Source: Elusimicrobiota bacterium (lineage in GTDB: Bacteria; Elusimicrobiota; Elusimicrobia; UBA1565; UBA9628). Taken from it: DNA of 64,000 nt. Positions 1 to 7,827 of this stretch are shown piece by piece (positions within the stretch are counted from its first letter, which is position 1; each line of letters starts with the position of its first letter). The stretch lies in contig JBIOJO010000011.1 in the NCBI GenBank assembly GCA_044450965.1, forward strand, positions 13,091 through 77,090, in the 5' to 3' direction. The notes beneath the pieces are model-generated. The model was not told the DNA's origin and ran no database searches. It was given only the letters and a program-made list of their open reading frames with translations. The position numbers and the translations under genes are program-made.

Positions 1-1
1 G

Positions 2-286
2 GCCGGCATCACCTTGATCCTGTCCAAGTCGAGCGGCTCCGGCTGGACCAACGTCGGCCGCGGCGTCACCGACGCCGACGGCCGCTGCAAGAGCCTCATG
101 AAGGAGGGGAAGCTGAAAAAGGGCGCGTACCGCCTGACCTTCGGCGTCGCGTCCTACTTCAAGAAGACCAAGCAACTGAGCTTCTACCCGTCGGTCTCCA
201 TCGTGTTCACGGTGCGCGACGCGCGCCACCATCACGTGCCGCTGCTGCTCAGCCCCTGGGGCTACTCCACCTACCGCGGCAGTTAG
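2..286 (+). CDS. uraH: 5-hydroxyisourate hydrolase (transthyretin-like), 5'-truncated by window edge
   Basis: Frame continuous from position 2. C-terminal YRGS tetrapeptide and overall transthyretin/HIUase-like sequence. Confidence 0.85.
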   Translation, partial: AGITLILSKSSGSGWTNVGRGVTDADGRCKSLMKEGKLKKGAYRLTFGVASYFKKTKQLSFYPSVSIVFTVRDARHHHVPLLLSPWGYSTYRGS

Positions 287-287
287 C

Positions 288-1811
288 TCAGCCTTTCGGA
301 GCGGGAGTCGGGGCCGGCGCGGGCGCGGGTGTCGGCGAGGGAGCCGGCGTCGCGTGGCCCGGCAGGAAGGAAATCAGCTCGCGGCCCATGCTCCACAGAA
401 CCATGGCGAAGCCGGCCGCGCCCATCGCGGAGAAAATCCAGATCAAGTAAGGATTGGTCACCGCCAGCGCGAGGCCGGTCATCAGCGCCTGCAGGACGTA
501 GCCTTTGGCCATCTGCGACGGACCGGTGAGCGGCGAACGGCCCAGCTTGAAGAGGGCGGAGTACAGCGCCACGGCCACGCCGGTGACGGTCATGGCGCCC
601 ATCGCCACGGCCAAGGTCAGCGGCGGCGCGACCAGCCCGAATCCCACCACGCCCAGGCTGATGCCCAGCGCCGCGGCGACGGCCGGGAACGCGCCGACGA
701 TGCGGTCGGCCGAGGAGGTGGCGGCGTCCATGAACTTGCCCTGGAACGCCGTGCGGCCCAGCGCGGCCGTGACCACGGCGGAGGAAAGAGGCTGGAGCCC
801 GCCGGCGGCCGTCGGGCCGATGAAGGCCAAAGAGGTCACGTCGAGAAGCATGTACACCGACGCGCCGCCCAAGGCGCCGTAACGCAGCACGGAGGACAGC
901 ATCTCTCCGGAGGAGGCCTCGGAGCCGTCCTTCGGCCGCGCGGCGAACATGCCGTAGATGGCGCCGGCGACGGCGCCCGCCGCGCTGGCGGCGGGGCGAA
1001 TGGCGGCCAATATTCCGACGGTCTGGGCGACGGACATCGTTAGAGGCACCGCGGCCGCGGCGCCGGCCGCGACGGGCGCCGCCGCGAGGGCGATGCCGGG
1101 CATCAGGACCAAGGCCAAGCCGATGAGCACTTTCACGATCAGGGGCAGGCCGTGGGACGCTTTCACGTCGGAGGCGGCGGACGGAACCGGCGCCGGGGAC
1201 TGCGCCGCGGCGGCGCCGCCGGGCTTGGAGAGAGGCGACGACGCGCGGCCGGCGGACGCGGCGACGGCGGACGACTCTCCCGTCGCGAGGTCCTTGCGCG
1301 CGGCGGAGCCGTCGAAGGTCCGGTTGGAGAGGGAGCGGGAGGTTTCCCAGCCGTCGGGCGTCTGCGGCGCCTCGAACTCGCGGATGGAAACGAGTTCCCG
1401 GCCGCGCGGGCCCGTGTGGACCATTTCGTCGCCGGTGCCCATGCGCGGATCGCGATGGCCGTCGGCGTGGGGGGACCAGTACTGTCCGGGGTGCAGCGGT
1501 TCCTGGAGAGGAGTGGGGCCGTCGGCGGCGGCGGGAAGAACGGGAGCGGCGAGAGGCGAAAGGGCCGGAGCGGGCGCGGCGAGGGCGGGTCGAACGGCGG
1601 AGATCGAGGGCGCGGCCGTCAAGTTCAAGGACGGCGCGAACGACGGAACGGTCATGGACGGCATTCCGGTCGCGCGGGAGGCGGCGCCGGCGGACGCGGC
1701 GGCGGACGGAGCGGCTCCGGCGGCGCCGACGGGAGCGTTGATCGACTGCGCGGAGGCGACGAGGGGGCAAGCAAGGACGAGCGCCAGGAAAGACAGGGTA
1801 TTTCGCGTCAT
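288..1811 (-). CDS. Secreted/membrane hypothetical protein (signal peptide, Ala/Pro-rich linker, C-terminal multi-TM domain)
   Basis: N-terminal MTRNTLSFLALVLACPLVASA signal-like segment. Several hydrophobic helices in the C-terminal half; Pro/Ala/Thr-rich tail. The alternative frames in this region look like GC artefacts. Confidence 0.5.
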   Translation of the reverse strand: MTRNTLSFLALVLACPLVASAQSINAPVGAAGAAPSAAASAGAASRATGMPSMTVPSFAPSLNLTAAPSISAVRPALAAPAPALSPLAAPVLPAAADGPTPLQEPLHPGQYWSPHADGHRDPRMGTGDEMVHTGPRGRELVSIREFEAPQTPDGWETSRSLSNRTFDGSAARKDLATGESSAVAASAGRASSPLSKPGGAAAAQSPAPVPSAASDVKASHGLPLIVKVLIGLALVLMPGIALAAAPVAAGAAAAVPLTMSVAQTVGILAAIRPAASAAGAVAGAIYGMFAARPKDGSEASSGEMLSSVLRYGALGGASVYMLLDVTSLAFIGPTAAGGLQPLSSAVVTAALGRTAFQGKFMDAATSSADRIVGAFPAVAAALGISLGVVGFGLVAPPLTLAVAMGAMTVTGVAVALYSALFKLGRSPLTGPSQMAKGYVLQALMTGLALAVTNPYLIWIFSAMGAAGFAMVLWSMGRELISFLPGHATPAPSPTPAPAPAPTPAPKG

Positions 1812-1880
1812 GCCCCTATGATAGCCCGGGGGCGAAAACGACGCCTGGGGCGAAAGGTCCTTTCCGACCCGGAATAGGGC

Positions 1881-3233
1881 CTACGCTTTTCTGCGACCTT
1901 CGAGAATCTTCAGGAACGACCGGCTGGCGAACTCCTCGGGGGTCAGCCCGGTGGCCGAGGCCTCGGCGGCGGTGATGGCGCCGCAGTTTCGGGCGCGCAG
2001 GAAGTAGTTCAGCAGGCCCTGGCCGGTGGCGGCGTCGTCGAACACGTCTCCCACCAAGGTGGCCTGGGCGGCCTTCTCGATGAAGTTCTTGAGCCGCGCG
2101 GTGGCCTGGGGCAGGCCCGCGATGAAGAACGCGTAGACGGCGGCGTAGCGCGTGGGAAGCTGGGCGGGATGCAGGTCCCAGCCTTGGTAGAAGCCGTTCA
2201 CGAGCGAATGCGTGGCGTGATCGTAATGCAGCTTCCAGGCGCGGCGCACGGCCTCCAAGTTCTCCCGGTCCTGCTCCGCGGAGAGGTATTCTCCGGCGGC
2301 GGGGCGGTGCGGGCCCACGGGCATGACGTTCGTGGCCCCGTCGGACATGGTGACGCCGGTGCCGGCCAAGGTCACCTGCATGACGGCCTTGGCGAAGTCG
2401 CAGGACGCGTGCATCATGTGCTGGTGCGCGGCGGTGATGTTGCACGACGCGGTGTAATCGTAGGTGCCGAAGTGGGCGCCGGTGATGCGTCCGCCCAGGG
2501 CGTCCACCATGGCGCGCAGCGGGGCGGTGCCGTCCGCGCCGATGATGGACTGCGGCGTCTCCACCATCAGTTCCACTTTGATCGTGTTCGGCTTGAGCTT
2601 CTTCTTCTTTTCAAAAGCGTCCAGGAGCTTCGCCAGGGCGGCGGCCTGGCCGGGGTGGACGATCTTGGGGAGGGTCACGCAGAACCAATCGGGAAGACGG
2701 CCCTTGGTCTGACGGATCAGCGTCGTGAGAAAAATGTCCATCGTCCGGGACGACCTTCCGGCCAGCTCATTCGAGAACGTCTTGATGCGTATGCCGATAA
2801 ACGGGGGCAAGGTCCCTTCTTCCAAGCCCTTGGCCACTTCCAGCGCGGCGGAGACGGCGTGGCCGTCCTCCTCGGCGTCGGGGCGGTTGCCGTAGCCGTC
2901 CTCGAAGTCGATGCGGAAGTCCTCCACGGCCTCGCGCTTGAGCTTCTCCACCACGCGGTCGTACACCTTGTGGGCCAGCGCCGGGTCCATGCCGACGGCC
3001 TGAGCGAAGGTGACGGCGTCGGGCGCGTAGCGCGACAGCGCGCGGATCGAAAGCTCGCCCAGCTTCTTGGCGGAGTCGGACTTGAACAGGTGGGCGCCGC
3101 CGTACACGGTGTGCACGGGCTGGCGTCCGGCGAAATCGCCGGGAAACCGGGCCGTGTAGGCGGAATTCTGCTTGGAGAGCTTGGCCAGGACGGGCTTGAA
3201 CGCCTTGGGTTCGAGGGTGACGGTGGGCTTCAT
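1881..3233 (-). CDS. Conserved hypothetical 450-aa protein, last gene of the Mo-hydroxylase operon (possible aldolase/citrate-lyase-like fold; function uncertain)
   Basis: Start trimmed to MKPTVTLEPK; its ATG overlaps the stop of the FAD subunit (ATGA at 3230-3233). Contains a DFEDGYG motif. The 230-aa Arg-rich N-terminal extension in the ORF track is rejected. Confidence 0.7.
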   Translation of the reverse strand: MKPTVTLEPKAFKPVLAKLSKQNSAYTARFPGDFAGRQPVHTVYGGAHLFKSDSAKKLGELSIRALSRYAPDAVTFAQAVGMDPALAHKVYDRVVEKLKREAVEDFRIDFEDGYGNRPDAEEDGHAVSAALEVAKGLEEGTLPPFIGIRIKTFSNELAGRSSRTMDIFLTTLIRQTKGRLPDWFCVTLPKIVHPGQAAALAKLLDAFEKKKKLKPNTIKVELMVETPQSIIGADGTAPLRAMVDALGGRITGAHFGTYDYTASCNITAAHQHMMHASCDFAKAVMQVTLAGTGVTMSDGATNVMPVGPHRPAAGEYLSAEQDRENLEAVRRAWKLHYDHATHSLVNGFYQGWDLHPAQLPTRYAAVYAFFIAGLPQATARLKNFIEKAAQATLVGDVFDDAATGQGLLNYFLRARNCGAITAAEASATGLTPEEFASRSFLKILEGRRKA

Positions 3234-4105
3234 CGCAGGGCTCCTTCCAGGAATCGCACGATCAGGTTGCGGGAGACGTCCAGGCGGTAGTCGCGGGTGG
3301 AGCGGATGTCGTCTATGGGCGACACGTCGGAGGTCAGCAGATCGGCGGCGCCGGCGACGGCCGCGGCGTCCAGCTTTCGGCCTTTCAAGAATCCCTCGGC
3401 GGCGGCCAGGCGGCGCACGGTCGGGGCGAGGCTGCCGAAGGCCAGGCGGACGTCCTCGACGGTTCCGTCCTTCTTCACCCAGATCAATCCGGCGAACATG
3501 GTCTTGGAGATGGCCTGCGCGGCGCGGGTGCCGACCTTCCGGAAAAGGCCGCGCGTGGGCGTCTTGGCCGGAAACGGGAGCTCGATGGCTTCGATCAGCT
3601 CTCCGGGCTTGAGAGACGTCTTCTTCACGCCGGCGAAGATGTGCAAAATCGGGACGACGCGTCGTCCGGCGGGAGCCGCGGGGCCGACGCAGTGGACGCG
3701 GGCGTCGTAGACGGCGAGAGGGGGAAACGTGTCTCCGGCGGGAGAGGCGTTGGCCACGTTGCCGCCCAAGGTCCCCCGGTTCTGGATCTGCGCGGCGCCC
3801 ACGGTGGCGCAGGCGGCGGTCAAAACGGGAAAGCGCGCGCGCAGAACGGGATGCGCCTGGATCTCCGCGTGGGTGACCAAGGAGCCGATGAAGACGGACG
3901 TCTTCGTGACGCGGATCTTCTTCCACTCGGCCACGCGGGACAGGTCCACGACGGTTCGTCCGTTCATCAGGCCCATGTTCCAGCCCACCATCAGATCGGT
4001 GCCGCCGGCCAGAGGGATCGCCTGGGGATTGTCCGCCAGCGCCTGCACGGCGGCGGCCGCCGAACGCGGGGTCAGGACGACCATGGACTTCGCGTCGCCT
4101 CTCAT
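3230..4105 (-). CDS. Molybdopterin dehydrogenase FAD-binding subunit (xanthine dehydrogenase/CoxM family)
   Basis: FAD-binding-domain-like sequence (AGGTDL, NRGTLGGN). Start at MRGDAKS overlaps the 2Fe-2S subunit stop (ATGA at 4102-4105). Confidence 0.85.
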   Translation of the reverse strand: MRGDAKSMVVLTPRSAAAAVQALADNPQAIPLAGGTDLMVGWNMGLMNGRTVVDLSRVAEWKKIRVTKTSVFIGSLVTHAEIQAHPVLRARFPVLTAACATVGAAQIQNRGTLGGNVANASPAGDTFPPLAVYDARVHCVGPAAPAGRRVVPILHIFAGVKKTSLKPGELIEAIELPFPAKTPTRGLFRKVGTRAAQAISKTMFAGLIWVKKDGTVEDVRLAFGSLAPTVRRLAAAEGFLKGRKLDAAAVAGAADLLTSDVSPIDDIRSTRDYRLDVSRNLIVRFLEGALR

Positions 4106-4560
4106 TTCTTGTTCCTCGCGGCGCAAATGACCGAGTCCACGATGTGCTGGTAGCCGGTGCAGCGGCACAGGTTCCCGGAGAGGGCGGTGCGGATGGACGC
4201 GTCGTCGGCCTTGCCGCCGGACTTGAGATGGGCGTGGGCGCTCATCAGCATGCCCGGGGTGCAGATGCCGCACTGGGCGCCGGCGCACTCCATGAAGCCC
4301 TTCTGCAGCTTCGAGAGCTTTTCGGGCGTGCCCAGGGACTCCACGGTCTCGATCTTGCGGCCGTCGACCTGGCACACGGGGATCAGGCAGGAATTGACGG
4401 GCTTGCCGTCGAGCAGGACGGTGCAGGCGCCGCATTCGCCCTCGCCGCAGCCTTCCTTGGTTCCGGTGAGGCGGAACTCCTCGCGCAGGACGTCGATCAG
4501 GCGCGTGAACGGGGCGCCGCTAAACGTTTTCTTCTTGCCGTTGACGGTCAAAGTGGTCAT
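4102..4560 (-). CDS. (2Fe-2S)-binding small subunit of a Mo-hydroxylase (xanthine dehydrogenase/CoxS family)
   Basis: 152 aa with two Cys clusters (CGEGECGACTV and CGICTPG...CRCTGY). ATGA overlap with the large subunit stop at 4557-4560. The long N-terminal extension of the track ORF is rejected. Confidence 0.9.
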   Translation of the reverse strand: MTTLTVNGKKKTFSGAPFTRLIDVLREEFRLTGTKEGCGEGECGACTVLLDGKPVNSCLIPVCQVDGRKIETVESLGTPEKLSKLQKGFMECAGAQCGICTPGMLMSAHAHLKSGGKADDASIRTALSGNLCRCTGYQHIVDSVICAARNKK

Positions 4561-6776
4561 TTCAGGGCCTGGGCGATTCGTTCCGGCGTGACGGGGAGTT
4601 CGGTGATGAGGCGTCCGGTGGCGTGCTTGACGGCCGCGGCCACGGCGGGTCCGGGCACGTCCATGGGCAGTTCGCCCACGCCTTTCGCGCCGAACGGTCC
4701 GCGCGAGTAGGGCTGCTCCACCAAGGTGACGTCGAACGGCGGCGTGTCCAGGCTGGTGGGGATGACGTAGTTCGTGAGCTGGGAGTTGATCATCACTCCG
4801 TCCTTGTAAACCGGCTCCTCCAGAAGGGCCCAGCCGAGGCCCTGGGTGGAGCCGCCGATGATCTGCCCTTCCGCGAACAGGGGATGGATGGCCTTGCCGA
4901 TGTCCTGGGCGGTGGTGATCTTCACGACGCGGACCTCGTAGGTGGACTTGTCGATCTCCAGGTCGGCGGCGAAGGCGGCGTACGAGTAGACGCCGTAGGC
5001 GTCTCCTTGATAAGTCTTGTCGTCCCAGGTGACTTCCGGCGGCTTTTCGTACTGGACCTCGAAGCGGCGGGCGGGGTTGGCGCCGCACAAGACGGCGGCG
5101 GCTTTCTTCAGCTCCGCGGCGGTGCGGGGAACGCGGCCGTGCTCGGCTTGGAACGCCGCTTTCATCTCGGCGGCGGCGCGCTGGACCAGGCCGCCCACGA
5201 CCATGCAGGTGCGCGAGGCGACGGTGGGGCCTGAGTCCGGGACCTTGTGGGTGTCCGGGGTCTCCACCTGAAACCAGTCGATGGGCATGCCCAGCGCGTC
5301 GGCGGCGACCTGGGAGAACATGGTGTTGGTGCCTTGGCCGATCTCCGTGGAGGCGGCCAGGACGAACAAGCCGCCGTCCTTGGTGAGGGCGACGCCGGCG
5401 CGGCTGGCCAAATAAACCTCGCCCGAACCGGTGAAGCCGGCGCCGTGGTGGGCGACGGCCAGGCCGATGCCCTTCCAGGTCGAGTTCTTCGAATTCTTGT
5501 TCCAGCGGTCGTACTCTTTGCGCTTGGCGGCGTACTTGGAGCGCTTGACGACGATGTCCAGGCATTCCGCGGCGCCCACGGACTCGCGCAGATGCTGGCC
5601 GGTGGCGGTGATCGTGCCCAGCTTGAACAGGTTCTTCCGCTTCAGCTTCAGCGAGTCGATGCCGAGGGCGTCGGAGATCTTTTCCCAGTGCAGTTCGGCG
5701 GCGAACAGGGACTGCGGGGCGCCGAAGCCGCGGAAGGCGCCGTTGGGGGGCGTGTTGGTGGCGATCACCTTGGAGCGGACGCGGACGTTGGGGCACTCGT
5801 AGGCGCCGGCGGCGTGAAGGGTGCCGCGCGAAAGCACCACGGACGACAGGGTCGCGTACGCGCCGCCGTCCATCAGCAGCTCGATGTCCTGGGCGACCAT
5901 GGTTCCGTCCTTCATCATTCCCGTCTTGTGGCGGGCCACGGCGGGATGGCGCTTGGTGGTGGCGGCCATGTCCTCGTGGCGGTCGTAAACGATCTTGACG
6001 GGATGTCCGCACTTGAGCGCCAGCAGGGCGGCGTGGCCGGCGATCATGGACGGATACTCTTCCTTTCCGCCGAAGCCGCCGCCGGTGACGGTCTGGATGA
6101 CGCGGACCTTGGTCTCGTCGCGGTCCAGCATGACTTTGAGAGCCTTGACCACGTAGTAAGGGCACTGCAGGGAGCCGGTCACCACCATGACGCCGTCTTC
6201 TTCCCAGGCGGCGACGGCGTTGTTCTCGATGTACGCCTGTTCCTGGGCGGGGGTGCGGTACTCGCCTTCCACCACGAAGTCGGCTTTGGCGAAGCCGGCG
6301 GCCACGTCGCCCTTCTGGATCATGTACGACTTGAAGACGTTGTCTTCTTTATAAATCTTCGCCTTCAGCGCGAGGCCTTCTTCCAGGGTCAGCGCGGCGG
6401 GCAGCTTCTCGTACTCGATGGTCACGCGCTTGGCCGCCTCGTAGGCGGTCGCGCGGTCGGGGTGGGCGATCAGGACGATGGCTTCTTCGCGGTGTCTCAC
6501 CAGCCCGTCGGCCAACAGCGGTTGGTCCGGCTCGATGAGCGTGACGACGTTCTTGCCGGGGATATCCTTGGCGGTGACGATGGCGCACTCGCCCCAGGCG
6601 AACGCGGGATCGAATTTAACGGCCTTGATCCGGCCGTGCGGCACCGACGAACGCACGGTGACGCCATGCCAGCAGCCGGGGAATTGATGGTCGTCCAGGT
6701 AAAGCGCGCGCCCCGTCAGCTTTTCCGGACCCTCGCGGCGCGGCATGCTTTTCCCGACGTTCGCCATGCCGGGCAT
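4557..6776 (-). CDS. Molybdopterin-binding large subunit of a xanthine dehydrogenase family oxidoreductase
   Basis: 739 aa. GxGGGFGGK motif and aldehyde-oxidase/xanthine-dehydrogenase a/b hammerhead and MoCo-binding-like regions. First gene of the L-S-FAD-unknown operon. Start could also be 6767. Confidence 0.9.
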   Translation of the reverse strand: MPGMANVGKSMPRREGPEKLTGRALYLDDHQFPGCWHGVTVRSSVPHGRIKAVKFDPAFAWGECAIVTAKDIPGKNVVTLIEPDQPLLADGLVRHREEAIVLIAHPDRATAYEAAKRVTIEYEKLPAALTLEEGLALKAKIYKEDNVFKSYMIQKGDVAAGFAKADFVVEGEYRTPAQEQAYIENNAVAAWEEDGVMVVTGSLQCPYYVVKALKVMLDRDETKVRVIQTVTGGGFGGKEEYPSMIAGHAALLALKCGHPVKIVYDRHEDMAATTKRHPAVARHKTGMMKDGTMVAQDIELLMDGGAYATLSSVVLSRGTLHAAGAYECPNVRVRSKVIATNTPPNGAFRGFGAPQSLFAAELHWEKISDALGIDSLKLKRKNLFKLGTITATGQHLRESVGAAECLDIVVKRSKYAAKRKEYDRWNKNSKNSTWKGIGLAVAHHGAGFTGSGEVYLASRAGVALTKDGGLFVLAASTEIGQGTNTMFSQVAADALGMPIDWFQVETPDTHKVPDSGPTVASRTCMVVGGLVQRAAAEMKAAFQAEHGRVPRTAAELKKAAAVLCGANPARRFEVQYEKPPEVTWDDKTYQGDAYGVYSYAAFAADLEIDKSTYEVRVVKITTAQDIGKAIHPLFAEGQIIGGSTQGLGWALLEEPVYKDGVMINSQLTNYVIPTSLDTPPFDVTLVEQPYSRGPFGAKGVGELPMDVPGPAVAAAVKHATGRLITELPVTPERIAQALK

Positions 6777-7146
6777 CTTACCAAAATCGCCTGGCGGGGG
6801 GAGGGGTGTAGCCGCCGTTTTGGTTCTTTGCTTTTAAGCATCGCCCCCCGGTAACGGGCGAATATAAACAGCCTAATTACCCGAGCGTTGCCTTAAAAGC
6901 AGCGAACCAAAAACGGAGGCGTCCGGGCTCCGGTGTTAGTGCTTTTCAGCGGCGGCGGCAGCCTTTTTCTGTTGCTTCATCCAATCCTTGTTGAGAGGAG
7001 ATGCCGAGGGGGGCGGCGGGGGCCGCCATTATCGGCGTGATGTGCCGGGGTCATCAGAGGCATCCATCGGACAAATATAAGCCACTTCCCGATCGCGATG
7101 ATCACTGGGGCACATCAGGCCGATTTTGAAATAAACCGGCCTATCT

Positions 7147-7827
7147 TTAATGCTTTTCTTTCGTGCTTACCGATTTCACGGCTGCCTTCTGTTGTCTCTT
7201 GAGCCATTTCTTCCAATAAAAAATTTCTTCTTGGAAGGCCTTCTTTACTTCTGGAGAATCGACACTTTGATCGGTTAAGACGGCAGACACGGATTGATCG
7301 GGTTGACCTTTGGCATCATTCCTACCAGTAACTTGGACGGCTTTCTCAAGTTTCCCGTCAGTGCTGATTCGGAACCAATACGAAATCGCATCTTGCCCGG
7401 AAGATTTCCGCATATATGTGTAGAAGCAGGATGGGTGGGTTTTGGTTAGAGGGGTCGAATTGTCAGTATTAATGGAATATACGACTGCGCATTCGTGGTG
7501 TTCCCAGCTAGTTTTATTGCGAGGAGTTTCAACCTCGACCACCTTGATGGGTATGGAAGCTGGAAATCCGAGATGCGGATTTACGGACTCATCATCGAGT
7601 GTATCAGCCGTTCCTGCTTTCTGCAAATAATCGACGAGTTGCTGAACCCCGACTTCCTCATCTTTTACCGAATCCCTAAGAATATTTTGGCGAGGAGACT
7701 TGGAGTGCTCATCTGAGGGGGATGCTTTTTCGCCAGCCTTGACAGTAAGCGGAAGCAGCATCATACTAGCGAACAGGGAAATGATTGTGATGTTGTGGCG
7801 GCTATTGACGGATAATATGAATCTCAT
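7147..7827 (-). CDS. Secreted hypothetical protein encoded in an AT-rich island
   Basis: Start trimmed to MRFILSVNSRHNITIISLFASMMLLPLTVKA (signal peptide). Local GC about 45% versus ~70% genome background; no recognisable domain. Confidence 0.6.
   Translation of the reverse strand: MRFILSVNSRHNITIISLFASMMLLPLTVKAGEKASPSDEHSKSPRQNILRDSVKDEEVGVQQLVDYLQKAGTADTLDDESVNPHLGFPASIPIKVVEVETPRNKTSWEHHECAVVYSINTDNSTPLTKTHPSCFYTYMRKSSGQDAISYWFRISTDGKLEKAVQVTGRNDAKGQPDQSVSAVLTDQSVDSPEVKKAFQEEIFYWKKWLKRQQKAAVKSVSTKEKH

Noticed and set aside
283-1770. 495-aa Arg-rich minus-strand ORF, and plus-strand ORFs 354-1043, 505-882, 958-1821, 1152-1877
   Set aside because: Extreme Arg/Pro/Gly composition typical of wrong-frame ORFs in 70% GC DNA. 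They overlap the more protein-like 288-1811 frame.
2169-3290. 373-aa plus-strand ORF antisense to the 450-aa operon gene
   Set aside because: Antisense to a well-supported ATGA-coupled gene; low-complexity Gly/Val/Arg composition.
4561-6165. 535-aa N-terminal extension of the track ORF 4102-6165
   Set aside because: It overlaps the Mo-hydroxylase large-subunit gene in another frame. The real gene is only the C-terminal 152-aa 2Fe-2S subunit, starting at the ATG that overlaps the large-subunit stop.
5247-6854. 535-aa plus-strand ORF
   Set aside because: Antisense to the large subunit; Gly/Ala/Asp/Leu-biased, no motifs.
6943-6990. 14-codon minus-strand ORF (MKQQKKAAAAAEKH) in the xdh leader
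   Set aside because: Too short and no supporting signals; noted only as a possible leader peptide.
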